A stretch of 64,000 nt of DNA from the NCBI RefSeq assembly GCF_009914755.1, contig NC_060927.1. One strand, given 5' to 3'. The stretch comes from the human T2T-CHM13v2.0 reference genome, Homo sapiens. This document shows positions 36,106 to 52,585 of this stretch, one piece after another. Positions within the stretch are counted from its first letter, which is position 1; each line of letters begins with the position of its first letter. Under the pieces are notes generated by a model, which saw only the letters and a list, made by a program, of their open reading frames with translations, did no database searches and was not told the origin of the DNA. The translations under genes were made by a program, and so were the position numbers.

Positions 36106-37879
36106 TAAATAAATGAAAACAAATGCATCTACTATTTTAAATTTTGACAACGTATTTTCCTTCATAAGCTGCAGGCATAGTTATTTCTCCTATTTGAATT
36201 CAAATTGTTTGTTTTTTATAAGAAATTTCATGTAGCCATACTCTGTAACAAGTTTCGGTTGTTACAATGTGTCATGTGTTTGTATTAAACTAGTTTTGCC
36301 CAGGTTATTCAAAGAATCACACAGGGATCATTCAAAATTCCACTTGAATGTGTATGTATTTATAGGCTCCTTGAGGGCACCATCATTCATGATCATGAGT
36401 TTTACTAGTACATTTATGCTGACATCCTCTAAGTCTACTTTTCAGTATCTGCTGACCCAGTGCTGACTCTCCCTTTGCACCGTTGTCTTTATGACATTTC
36501 AGTGTGGAATAGATGTCACCTGCAGTAACTCTCCTAATATGAGCATCCAGATTTGCGGCTTGCAGGCATTTTCTAGTACACTAGTCTGATCTTTTCCACG
36601 ATGCAGGTTTGTTACAGCAATATGAAATTCTGGCTTGCTCTCTTTCTACTTATCTATAGAAATATTGCTAAAGTAAGTATATTTTTCATTTATTGATGTA
36701 ACATTTACAGTCAAGTTTTAAGATGAATAGTTCAGTGTTCATTGCAGATTAAAATTTACATGCTTGCAGAATAATCTAATAATTAAAAAATTCTTAAAAA
36801 TTATATTTTCAATATTATGAAGGCAAATTTTTAAAAAAGCAATCATACTTTAATTATACTAAGGAAGATACTCAACATGTAATCACCAACTATTACTGTT
36901 TGTTTACTAAGTAATTATTTAAAAAATCAAATACATAAATAGTAAATAAAATTAATGACAGTTGTTCATATATTTTCTATGTAATATAATTGTTAAACTC
37001 ACACAAATTAGTTTTCTCTAAAAAATTTCAAATGTGCTATTCTACCAAGAAAATTCATTCAACTCATATATTTTCTGACTTAATATAGTAAAAGCTGACA
37101 TAGGCCATTTATACATGCCATTTTATTCTGAGATTCAATGCATGTTTATAAGTTATTCTTCTATCAATATGCTTCATTAATTTCAACAACCAATAAATGG
37201 AAATTTGAAAATTATTTTGAATATAACTATTATCAAGGGTCTGAAATATATGAAAGAAAAAACATTGCTGTCAATTATTAATCTGTTCATAAAACATATG
37301 AACAACAAAAAAATAAACTTTGTTGTCTTGGTCTTTTAAAATCACAGTACTGTAAAGGTATCTTCAAAAAAATCATCTTTTGCTACGATTTTCATGTGCT
37401 GGTATTAAATTAACAAAAATAAATATCTTAGGGAAATTAATATTTTATTTGAAAAATAAATATCACCAGCCTCTCATAAATATTTGCAATTATTAAAATC
37501 TAGACTTAGATGTCAAACTGAAAATTTGAACACAAAAGCTGGAAGTCTGTATTTATAAGTTACCAATATTTTTACAAATTTAATAATATATTTAATTGAA
37601 AGAATACTTACCTACTTAGAAATTGGTGACTGCATGGATGCATAAATGTAAATACAATATTCAAAATACATTGTTTGTAAATAGAATGAAATAACTTCAA
37701 TGTCCTTAAGTCAGGAAAAAGTATTAATATATATGTTATGCCTTCCACTTTGTTTCATTCCTTCATTAGTGTTGCCTTACTATGTTTCTGCATAAACTGA
37801 TGTCTTCGGTTAATAAGCTGTACTAAGATTCTTTAAATTTAACAGGAGAAATACGTCATGTCCACAGGTCATATTTTTA

Positions 37880-37891
37880 CCAGCAGATGGC
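37880..37891 (+). promoter_or_regulatory. Candidate CTCF core motif (also an E-box CAGATG)
   Basis: ccagcagatggc matches CCASYAGRKGGC in otherwise unique AT-rich DNA; motif match only. Confidence 0.3.
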
Positions 37892-39969
37892 TCCCCTGGT
37901 GTTTTCCCCTACTAAGGATTCTTACAGGTTGAAATGCCAAATCAAACAATACCAAATGTAAATATGTATTCTCTACTTCATGCCAAGATTAATATACATT
38001 TTCACTTCCATCTAAGATACTTTTACAAGCTTCTTGAAATGCATTGAAAAGCTAACACAATTACAAGCACATTTCAAGTATTAATAAAAACATACTTTAC
38101 AATTTTCTGTTTTTTTCACCAATGGAAGAAGACAGACTGCAGTTTCCATGCCTGTATCTACAGAGAACTTCAGAAAACATTTTTAAAGTACTAAGTCACA
38201 AAAATTAAAACCTGAACAGAAACGCACTATTGATTTATTAAAATTTATTATTTTAAAAGACATTCTATTTAAAATACAAACATGCAAACATAAATTTTCA
38301 ATAGTATTCTATGTGTTATTAATGTAGTTCAATTTTAATAGCCTTTGATCTATGCCTTTCCAGGAACTAAATGGAGTAATGGTAGATTGCTTGGTTCCAA
38401 TATAGTGTTAGCAAAAAGAGTCAAGAGGGAAAAAAAAAGGAAAGTCCTACCCCTCCGAAGATAAAAAGCTAATCAGCTATAAAAGAGACCGTCAATAAAA
38501 TATTTTATTTGATCTTGGTTGAGATGCGGTGCTTTTTAAGAACTAAGTGTATTTTCAAGTTGTCCATTCCTCAAAGATATGACAATTGCTTCAGACTTAG
38601 CCATGCATAATCTCATAAATTCCATTTCATTGTGACATGTAGTAAACCCATTAGTTTATTTTTACCATATATTTTTACAGTTTTAAAAATAAATGTACTT
38701 ACACTCTCTTTAGTCACATAATAATCATTAATATTAGAAATTGAAAAAATAGATTTCATATAATACAGCAAATTTCAGGGCATTTTTAATTCTTACACAG
38801 TAAAAAAAGTTACATACTTTGAACAGACTGTCTTAAAATATTTTCTTAAAATCATTAGACAAGTTTAGATCTTTGTTTAAATCATGTATTTTTCATTATC
38901 TTTCAAAATGAAAGTATGATTGCTATTCCAAATAAATTCAAATATGCATTTATAAGAGGAATTATAGATTTTTCACTGTAAATTTTATTTTATTTTCTGT
39001 TGTTAGTAATTAAATTTTTTCTTTTATAAAAAATAGCATTGTGAAGATACTTTACTAGATATGTTAAGATAAGATTTTTTTTTTTTTTTGGCTTCCAAGT
39101 GTTGTATTTCACTAAATGATTATTTTCTTAAATGGTAGTTTTTTTTTGACAGTCAAAATTCTTGTCTGCTAAAAATAATTGTGGATTGAATAAAAATAGT
39201 GGACATGAAATGTAATTTATTTAAAAAACATTGATTTAATTAACAAAATTTAAAATATAAGTTACATTCTAAAAGGTGAAAGTCAATTAAGAATATTCAT
39301 AATTGTGCTTATAAATATGCATAGAGAGCTAAGAGGCAGCTAATTTATAATGCTAAGACCTGAGTTATCAAAAACAGCACACACAGTGTCACTTACATTT
39401 ATTTCATAAATCCAGAAGAGATGTTCAATTTCTTTTAAAAATTAATTATTTCATGCATATTTTATCTAAGCAAATGCAGAGCTCTGTTTTCTTGTTTTTA
39501 AATTTATGCTTAGACTGCACAGTATTATATATACTTATTCTGAAATTATAGTTACTACTTGTTTCCAATATTTTTTTCAACAATTCTCTGAACTAGAAAC
39601 TTAAGGAAGAAATGCTATATTTATCTGTATCTCTGTATCTAGCTATATCTATAGCTATCTATATATCATCTATAACTCCTTATTTTATGTATTTTCACTT
39701 ATTTATCTTTTATTGGTTTCTAATTTCTATTTTATTTTGGTTTGTTTTTTGAGATTGATGCACAATCATTAATTTTCAACATTATATTTACTATGTGAAT
39801 CAAATACTGTGTATTTCCATTTTAGTACTTCTGCAGCTGTAATTTCCAGGATTTGATATGTTTCATAATTCTTTTCCTAAAATACGTACGATGTATTTGG
39901 TGATGTTTTTAGAGTTTTGAAATATTTTTATTACTGATTTTCTATTGAATTACACTGTTCTAGGAAAAT

Positions 39970-40432
<463 letters not shown>

Positions 40433-41233
40433 TTAGAGCTCTTCTCCTTAAGGGAGAAGATTTATTATTCTCGAGGATAATAAATCGAGGAGGAAGATTT
40501 ACTATCCTTGAAGGGGTCTGTTTTGGAAGCTGCCATGCCCTCAGCCCCTAAATAAAAATATAAAACCTAAATATAAAAGGTGCCATGCCCTCAGCCCCTA
40601 AATATAAATATAAGGATTCAATTTTTTGGATCCACTATAAGGATCCAAAGGTCAGTTCTAGAACTCGTGAGGTCTCCTTTTTTTGGATCCAATATAAGGA
40701 TCCAATTATTTTCTTCTGCATGTAAATACCCAATTTTTAAATGCCATTTATTTAAGAGATTGCCCATTTCTCATTGTGTGTTCTTGAAATTTCTGTCAAA
40801 AATCAATTGACTTTAAATGGGCAGGTTTATGGGCTTTCTATCCTGTTCCATAAGTCAACGTGTCTGTTTTTATGCTAACGCCATGTTGTTTTGATGCAAT
40901 TACTTTATACTTTGAAGTCAAGTAGAGTGATGCTGCCAATTTTATTCTTTTTGCTAAGGATTATTTTGGCTACTTGGCATCTTTTGAGGTTCAATGTGAA
41001 TTAAAAGTTTGTGTTCTCCATTTCTGTGAAAAATGATACTGGGATTTTTATAGAGATTACAATGAATCTGTAAATCACTTTGGGTAGTATGAACATTTTC
41101 ACAGTATTAATTCTGGAAATTAATGAACACTAAATAGTTTTCCATTTATTTGGATTTTTAACTCAAGCAAGGAAACAACCTAATTATTTTCAACTCAAGC
41201 AAGGAAACAACCCAATTAAAAATGGGCAAAGGA

Positions 41234-41237
<4 letters not shown>

Positions 41238-41270
<33 letters not shown>

Positions 41271-41545
41271 AGACGGAGTCTCGCTCTGCTCAGGCTGGAG
41301 TGCAATGGTGTGATCTCGGCTCACTGCAACATCCCCTCCGGGGATCAAGGGATTCTTCTGCCTCAGCCTCCTGAGTAGCTGGGATTACAGGCGCCCGCCA
41401 CCATGCCCAGCTAATTTTTGTACTTTCAGTAGAGACAGGGTTTCACCATGTTGGTCAGGCTGATCTCAAACTCCTGACCTCATGATCTGCCTACCTTGGC
41501 CTCTCAACATGCTGGGATTAAAGGTGTGAGCCACCATGCCCGGCT
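41238..41545 (-). mobile_element. AluSg/Sx-like inside L1MA
   Basis: 32-nt T tail, full dimer. Confidence 0.92.
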
Positions 41546-41984
41546 CAGACATTTCTTAAAAGAAGACATACAGACATACAGACGGCCAATATGTACAGGA
41601 AAAAATGCTTACCATCACTACTTATTAGGGAAATGCAAATTAAAACCAAAATGAAATATCACTTCCCACCCATTAGAATGGATTTTATCGAAAAGATGAA
41701 AGATGAGTGTTGGCAATGATGCAGAGAAGGGAATTCTTGCATATTGTTGGTGAGAATATAAATTAGCACAGCCATTATGAAAAATGGTATGGAGATTCCT
41801 GAAAAAAACTAAAAATAGAACTAATACATGATCCAGCCATCCCATTTCTGGGTATATATCCAAAGGAATTGAAATTAATATGTTGAAGGGATATCTGCAC
41901 TCTCTTGTTCATTGCAGTATTATTTACAATAGTCAAGATATGGAATTAACTTAAATGTCTATCAATGGATGAAAGGATAAGCTG

Positions 41985-42005
41985 TCTCTTTCTCTCACTC
42001 TCTTT

Positions 42006-42037
<32 letters not shown>

Positions 42038-42054
42038 CATACACACAGACACAC
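41985..42054. repeat. (TC)n(CA)n compound microsatellite
   Basis: Direct inspection. Confidence 0.85.
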
Positions 42055-42544
42055 TGTGAAATGCTACTCAGCCTTAAAAAAAGAAGAAAATCCTTTCATT
42101 TGTGACAACATGGATGAGTCTGTAGGACATTATGCCAAGTGAAATAAGACTGGCACAGAAAAATAAATGCTGTATAATCTCACTTATATATGAAATCTAA
42201 AAAGTAGAGAGCACAGTGATGTTTAACAGAGGCTGTAGGAGTGAGGAGGAAGGCAATGGGAAGTTCTTGATCAAAGGGGACATGACAAACAGGCTTTGAG
42301 ATATATTTCACAGCACAGTGACTACAGTAAAAAACAATGTATTGCATATTTCAAAATAACTGAGTAATTTCAAATCTTTCACCATAAAAGTGATAGGTGA
42401 GATGATGGCTATGTTAATTAACCTGATATAATAATTTCCCATAGTATACATATATCATAACTTCACATTAAACACCATAAATGTATAAAATTATGATTTG
42501 TCTATTAAAAATAATATTAATAAAACTTAATATATTTAATATAT

Positions 42545-42815
42545 TAAAGACCATGATGAAAATAATAAACCACATGTAAGAACAGAAGGACAATGCAATT
42601 ATACACATAGAAATGCTAGAAATAAAAATATACTGTAATAAACATAAAGAATACCTTTGAAGATCTAATCCGTAGACTGGACAGATATGAGGAAAAATCT
42701 GTAAACTTCATTATAGGTCAACAGAATTTTCCTAAACTGGAAATACAGAAAGAAAAATATTTTTAAAAAAATTATCAAAAAAAGGCAAAATAAAATATTT
42801 AAGAATTGTGAGTTA
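42545..42815 (+). mobile_element. Old L1M ORF1 fragment
   Basis: 'gaaatgctagaaataaaaatatactgtaa...gaatacctttga...tagactggaca'. Confidence 0.6.
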
Positions 42816-43322
42816 ATATTTATTAAAATTTCATTTCCTTTTATACTAGGATCCACCATTTCTATGGAAAATCTTGTTTTGTTTTCAGTCTTTTTGTTAC
42901 ATAGAAGGCAATCTGTCACAATTCTTCACCTGATTTATATTTTACTTACCCTTCTTTGGTGTATAATACTATGGATTTTAACACATATCATCACTACCAC
43001 AGTGAGTCAATGAAACAGTTCTTTCTGTTCAAAACAAACACACACTTTGCTATCACTTCACCTTTATTTTTTTTCTAACAATGTTTTCATCCTTTGTTTA
43101 ATTTTTTTTTGTTACTGTTGTTTCATTAAACTCCATGAATGTAATGGCTTTCAGCATGTATGAAAAAACCTCTTCCAATATTTATTGTAACATTTTCACT
43201 GAATATTTTTACTCTCCTCTCATTCTGAGACTCTGAAAGTATGTATATTTGAACACTCCATAGGGCATAAATGTCTCTCATGCTTTATTCTGTATTGTTC
43301 CTGCCTAGTTTTCTTTGTGCTT

Positions 43323-43673
43323 TGATATGGTTTGGCTGTGTCCCCGCCTAAATCTCATCTTGAATTCCCCCATGTTGTGGGAGGGACCCTGAGAAAGGTA
43401 ATTGAATCATGAGAGCAGGTCTTTCCCTTGCTGTTCTCATGACAGTGAATAAGCCTCATGAGACCTGATGGTTTTATAAGGGGGAATTTCCCTGCACAAG
43501 CTCTCTCTTTGCCTGTCACCATCTACAGCTGTGACTTGCTCCTCCTTGTTTTCTGCCATGATTATGAGCCCTCCCCAGCCATGTGGAATAGTAAGTCCAT
43601 TAAACCTCTTTCTTTTGTAAATTGCCCATTCTCAGGTATGCGTTTATTAGGAGCATGAAAATGAACTAATATA
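43323..43673 (+). mobile_element. THE1A solo LTR
   Basis: 'tgatatggtttggctgtgtcccc...gtaagtccattaaacctctttcttttgtaaattgccca...aactaatata'; 5-bp TSD tgctt. Confidence 0.92.
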
Positions 43674-44230
43674 TGCTTCAATTTGAATTTTTAATAGCAT
43701 ATTTTATAGATCACTAATTCTCTTTTTGGTTTGTCAATTTTGCTGCTAATTATCAGTTATTGAATTGTACATTTAATTTTTTTAATTCTTGAATATATAT
43801 TTTATGCCTCCCATTTGTTTTTTTTTTCTGGCACTTTATTCTGGCAAAAATATTTCTACTTTTTTATAATTTATTGATATTTTATTTATAGTTGCCTTAC
43901 ACCTTCTGTATTAAAACTCCAATATCTAGTTCACTTATGGGTCTATTATCTGGAATATTTTTCTGTCTGGTTTTCAAATAATTGTATATGTTGACTTGTG
44001 TGTCTGATAGAGTTTCAACTGCATATATTGATGACAAAATGTTGTGGGGAATTTGGATGATATTTTTCTATAGAGCTTTTTTTTGCTGTGACATAATGTA
44101 AGGATAGATCATTCTTTTCCTATAAATGTAAATCCTCCCTTTATTATCAGACTTTAAGAATTTGCATTAAAATTCTGTTAAATGTGTCTAAGAGAGGCCC
44201 CCTTCTTGCTCAAATCCAGAAATATAGGTG

Positions 44231-44537
44231 TTCTTTCTCTCTTTTTCCCCCTTCCTCCCTCTCTTCCTCCCTCCCTTCCTCACCCCTCTCCCTCTGTGCT
44301 TCCCTTCCTTCCCTCCTTCCTTTCTTCCTTCCCTCTTTCTTTCTCCCTTCCTTCCTTCCTTCTTCCTTCCTTCTTTCCTTTTCTTTTTCTCTCTCTTTTT
44401 TCTTTCTTTCTCTCTCTCTTTTTTCTTTTCTTTCTCTTTCATTCTTTCATTTTCTTTTCTTTCTTCCCTTCCTCCCTCCCTTCTTTCTTTCTTCCCTTCC
44501 TTCCATCTTGCCTAATTCTTTCTTTTCTCTTTCTTTT
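44231..44537. repeat. ~300-bp polypyrimidine/polypurine low-complexity tract (CCTT/CTTT)
   Basis: Almost purely C/T on the + strand. Confidence 0.95.
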
Positions 44538-45323
44538 GTTGAACTTTTATTCACACAGTTTTGTCCTCCTGGTCTAGTGAGACAAGTGTAAATTCTAGGT
44601 TCTATGAATTTGTCCATTCTTCTACTGTGCACTGGAATTCAAAAAGTATCCCGAGGAAACACAGGGATATTTCAGTGTGTTTCACGTCCATCTGACATCT
44701 TGGCTTCTCAAGTCATGGCTGCTTTGGTTGTTCATCTATGCTTTTAGCCATTTGTGGACTTTTTTTTTTGGTATTGGTTTCTTTCAAATATTTTTGTCTA
44801 CACTTTATATTTGTTTTCAGTGGGAAGGTTTTTGTATTCCAAATACTTTAGAATAGACAGAGGCATAATTTTTCTGTCCTTCTGTGTTTAGATACTATTC
44901 TAATATGACGTAATTAACTCCTGACATTTACACATAATGTTATTTCTGTAGAATTTTAGCCACAGAAGAACATAAATACATATCCTGGATGAGGTTCTTC
45001 CAGAAGTGTTTTAGCTCTTGGAGTATCTGGACTTTTTGTACCTATCACAAAGGAGATTATTAATACATATTTATTAAATGAAAGAATATGCTTTACACAT
45101 TATTTTTTTGTATTGCTGAAATTACAGGTCATTCCTTCACATGTTCTGCTTCATACTACGTTCATCAATAATCAGTGATTTCTAGTTTTTCATTGTCTTC
45201 ATTTTACTCTAAATCTCAGTTTTTATTTTTCTAAGAATCAGGTAAGCTATAAGTCAACATATAATTGATTTTCTAGAAAAAGGTATATAAAAAATTATTC
45301 TTATTTTAAAATATATTTATTAA

Positions 45324-47655
<2,332 letters not shown>

Positions 47656-49384
47656 CAGTACATTAAAAAAAATCACATCAAACTTGCCATCTTATTATTT
47701 CATTGCCTAGTTCTTACATAATAACAACTTTGTATGTAATCCCTGATTTTATGATTTATGTTATTAGCCATAGTTACCAGCTCTAGTTATTTGCCCAAAT
47801 AGGGCTCACATGCCTTTGACATCTGGACTAGGAAAATGACCCTCAAGCACAGTCTGGCTTTTTGTGGCTACTATAATTCAATAGTTTATTGGGATTTGAT
47901 GAGAAGAGATGCTAACACTTAAGAGTCCTTAAATATTTTAAATAATTTTGTCTTTGAGATATCTGCAACAGGACTGCCTTACATGATACTTGCCTACAGA
48001 TATTACTCTTTTCAGAAAGAGTTTACTAAATATGTATTAATACATTAAAAATGTTATGGTAATTTTAGGCCTGATAAGTTACAGAAAATTCATAATTAGC
48101 ATTCCTTGGCCTCAGATGATAAACTCTTCTCACTGTATATTTAAATTAAAACACTGAAGTAGAGAAAAATGCTGATATTGTGCTTGACATGTGAATAATG
48201 ATGCTTTGCCCTAAAACCATAACTAGTTTGTTTACATATATCTGTGCAATTACTAGTAATTGTCATACCAAGATAGCCCAAGTACAAAAATTAGAAATTG
48301 TGTTTAATCTTATTACTGTTCTCATTATGTTTATTTTTTGCATAAACATTATAATGAAAAAAGTTAAAGGACAATAAAAATAATTATATTCACTTTTTAT
48401 ATCTTCTGATATAGCTATATTATTTTGAGTAAAAATATGTGTATCTATGAGTTAGATTACGATATACAATTCTAACTTAAAAGTATAAAATTCCCAGAGA
48501 GGGTTCAATTCAGAGAAACCAAATGTTTCTCCACATGCTTCTAAAAAAAGTAAAAAAGTGATGTAGGCAACTTGAAACATTTAATAGTAAGACCAATAAT
48601 AATCAAAATTAAGTTTATGGGACCTAAAGTATTTCTCAAGATTTGTTTAATAAAAATATCAGACAAAATATTTTATTCATTTTGTACTATAAAGTTTAAA
48701 TAGTTTGTCTAAGAAAGAATCTTTTAACTCAAGTAAGAAACCAATGATTTTATGTTGACATATGTTTACTCTTCAGATCATTAGCCTGAAAACGCTTTTT
48801 AGTGGGTCACACGAGCTAGTGCAAATCTACCATTAGCTCTTAAGCACTTCAGCATTTGTAAAACTGCTGAAGTGTAACATATGTTTTTATTTTCCTGTAA
48901 TGAAAGGTGGAATATTTGCTAAAGAATCTTAATGCACCAACTGATGATGCAAGGATATTATAGGCTAATTCTAACTTCGGTGACTACTATAAAATAATCT
49001 TTTCATATAATACAATAAATCTAGTGTTATTCTTACAGAAAACAATTGCTTGCCACCAACTTCAAACAGTATTCAAATATTAATAACAAATGCATTGGAG
49101 GGTGTATCATTTAAAGTAAAAATATTAAACTTCAAATTACTGTTCTTCAAATAAAACGTAGATTATAGAATCTATTTCTATAATACAAAGGCCAAAAGAC
49201 TATTAATCCAGCCTCTCATGTTAGGAAATGTTAGCATTTACAAATGCAAAAAGGATTTTGTTATCTTAATTCACTCATCTCCGAGTGAGTTGGTGTATTT
49301 AAATGAGCATAACTCTGGGAAATATCTTATTTTTCACAGAATGAATATTAAAAGTACATAATGCCATACATATACCACTGATAA

Positions 49385-49696
<312 letters not shown>

Positions 49697-49964
49697 TGAT
49701 AAAATGGATTCTTAAGACATGAACTTATAATTTTATAACAGTCTTAATTATTTTGAATGCAAGGTATTGAACTGAAATGTTATCTAATATATATGTGGTA
49801 TCAGTTTGGAAAGGATGCTAGAATCTCTCATAAGAAAGATAAAAGGATAAATCTTAGTGAAGAACATGGAGAGAGCTACTCTTCAATGAAAATGGATACC
49901 ATGAAATTGAAAACCATCAGAGCTCTCTCTTCTTGTTTAAATCTCTGCTTTTTTTCAACACGGT

Positions 49965-50357
49965 TGTATTAGTCCATTTTCATATTGCTATAAAGACATT
50001 CCTAAGACCAGATAATTTATGGAGAAAAGCTGTTTAATTAACACACATTTCTGCACGCTATACTAGTGGCATGGCTGGGATGGCAGGGTAGGCCTCAGGA
50101 AACTTATAATCATGGAAGAAGGCAAAAGGAAAGTAGGCACATCTTCATATGGAAGAGCAGGAGAAAGAGGAAGAAGGGGGAAGTGCTACACACTTTTAAA
50201 CAACCAAATCTCATGAGAACTCAGTCACTATCACAAGAGCAGCAAGGGAGAAATCCACCTCCTTGATCCATTTGCCTCCTACCGTGGCCCTCCCCCAACA
50301 CTGGGGATTACAATTTGACATGAGATTTGGGTGGGAACCCAGAGCCAAACTATATCA
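49965..50357 (-). mobile_element. MSTA-like solo LTR
   Basis: 'tgtattagtccattttcatattgctataaag...gagccaaactatatca'; TSD a(c/t)ggt. Confidence 0.88.
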
Positions 50358-51312
50358 ATGGTTGTTTTATTTGTTTCCATTACAGGTGAAGTTTTTATAA
50401 ATATGTGTGATAATGACAAACTAAATGGTCTGAACTTCACATATACCTATTCCTTAAAGGAAGTTTTTTAATATATTGATTTAAATAATCCAGGAATGCT
50501 TTTAGTTAGTGTCTAGATTTTATTAAAATAGATGAGATTTTTAAGAATATGGTAACACCTATTTGATATATATGCTGTCAGTGACAGGAGAAAAATTTTA
50601 CCAAAAGGACAGTTTTCATGCCAGTATTCATGAGGAAGTTTGACCAGACAAAACAATGTAAGTGGCCTACAATATTCTGACACAACAACCCCAAACCTTA
50701 ATCTCAAAATCACCAAATATTCCTAATTTACATTTTTCTTTTTTGTACTAACAGATAGCTTAAGATGGTAACTTCATTTTGTTACTAATAATTTATTGAT
50801 TATATGGGAGAAATAAAATGTTTATCTTCACTAAGAAATCAGAAAATATACTTTGGTCATGGAGAAATATAGATATAGATAAAATGTTTATATTTTGTGA
50901 ACATAATTCTTTTCAAAAATTGTCATATTTTACTTTCCTTTCACAACATCATAATTCCTCACGGAAAAAAAAATGTATATGGAATGAATAAACTACTTCA
51001 CAGAATCTGTTGACAAATTTAGGTATATATTTGTGATATTAATTGAAAAAACATAGCAGTGCCTGCTGAAAGTGGTCACTATGTTTATTTTTTGTCAAAA
51101 ATATTTGAGTTGCCTTAGAAAATTATAAAGTTCAAATACAAAAGATAAGAATTTTTTTCTTTTATTCCTAATATGGTTCAAGTTTATCCTTAAATAACAA
51201 TAGAAAACTGAAAGCATTAATAGATGACAATAACCATATGTAATGGTGGAAAATCAGCAGGGAGAACTCTCATGCTCAATAATATATATGTCTGAATATC
51301 TATCTCTATATA

Positions 51313-51465
51313 TTTTTAGAGACAGGGTCTCACTCTGTGACCCAGGCTAGTGTGTATTGACACAATCACACCTCACTATAAACTCGAAATCCAGGACCCA
51401 AAAGATCCTCTCACCTAAGCCTCCTAAAATCCTAAGATTACAAACATGAGCCACCATGTCCGGCC
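51313..51465 (-). mobile_element. Free Alu monomer (FRAM-like)
   Basis: Single diverged right-type monomer ending 'gagccaccatgtccggcc'. Confidence 0.75.
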
Positions 51466-51605
51466 TAATGTATATTTTTGGGTTATATCTGAATTAGACC
51501 TATTTGGTTGTCATTGCAAGAGGGTTTCTTTTTTTACAAGATTATTTATCTGATGATGAATCAAAGTGTAATGTATGGTAATAAGTCATAGTGCTAGGAC
51601 CTAAG

Positions 51606-52543
51606 TGATGCAGGATTTCTCTAGGGCCCTTTGCCGGAATCATGAAAGGAGCGCCCCAACTATTCAGCCCACTGTGCTCAACCCTTTGTGGGAGGGAGCA
51701 CATGAGTGAGCAAGTGCAGAATCTGGCCAGCTGCTCCAGGCACTGACACAGGAGCACACTCCATGTGGGGCCTGTGGCCTGATCAGCCATGTGGTCTTGA
51801 GGAGAACATAGCAGTGCCCAGGTGAGGATGCCCACAACCCTGAAGCCCCAGAGCAGGTGTTACAGTGCTCCTTTAGTTCAAGCATCCACAGATGGCAGTG
51901 TATTATTAGCTGCTGAGTTGGCTCCTTGCCTCATCATGTGGGTTGGCTGCCCTCTGCTGGTGAGGGCAAAGGACTGGTGTGACAGCCTTTCTGGGTATCA
52001 GCACTTGGTGGGTTCTGAGCTCTTGCCCTGTGTCCAAGAAGAATGAGGTCACATGGATGATTAAAGGATGGTGAAGGTGGAGACTTTTATTGAGTGATGA
52101 AATGGCTCTCAGCAGAGAGGGGAGCTGGAGAGGGGACAGGAAGGGAAGGTCGTCTTACCTAAAGTCAGGTTGTCTCTTCCCTGAAGTCAGGCCATCTCCT
52201 TCTCTACTAACTGAGTCTGGGATCTTTATAAGCACAGGATGGTGAGTGCATGGAGATTGGTTTGTGAGTATGCAGAAAAGGTTAAAGCAAAGACACTACT
52301 CAAAGATTGGCATGACAGTATAGAAAACCAATAAGAAAAGGGCAAGTATATTTAAAATAGGTGAAGGGTGGGGGTCAATCAGAAAAAAGCAATGCTAAAC
52401 AGGAAGACAAGTTCTCAGTCCAGTCCAAGGATTTAACTTGTAGCTTGGTTTTCAGGCTTTAAAGTTTTCTGGTTTGGAGTTGGGGTTTCACCAAGTACCC
52501 GCACCTATCTGCCTGGGCATTTGGCTGCCTCCTGTCTCTATCA
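51606..52543 (-). mobile_element. ERV1 solo LTR (LTR28/LTR27/MER52 group)
   Basis: TG...CA bounded 938-bp GC-richer block; minus strand starts 'tgatagagacaggaggcagcc'; minus-strand AATAAA near 52086-52091. Confidence 0.78.
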
Positions 52544-52585
52544 TAAAGGCATATAAATATTAACACATACGTATTTGTTTTACCA

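Larger units (their letters stand above)
40693..42525 (+). mobile_element. L1MA-type element: inverted ORF2 block (minus, 40693-41152) plus sense 3' portion (41160-42525)
   Basis: ORF2 motifs on opposite strands; L1MA 3'UTR ending 'gatttgtctattaaaaataatattaataaaa'. Confidence 0.8.

Noticed and set aside
36640-36678. Possible 13-nt micro-exon (tctatag...gtaagt)
   Set aside because: Splice-like motifs are frequent by chance; not frame-preserving and no partner exons.
40531-40604. 24-bp direct repeats with a 26-bp spacer resembling a CRISPR unit
   Set aside because: Only two copies, primate context, no cas genes; better explained as templated insertion.
44182-44632. F/L/S/P-rich and K/E/R/G-rich ORFs
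   Set aside because: Translations of the CT low-complexity tract.
49162-49184. AT-rich inverted repeats here and at ~42528-42548 and ~55271-55288
   Set aside because: Expected by chance at this AT content.
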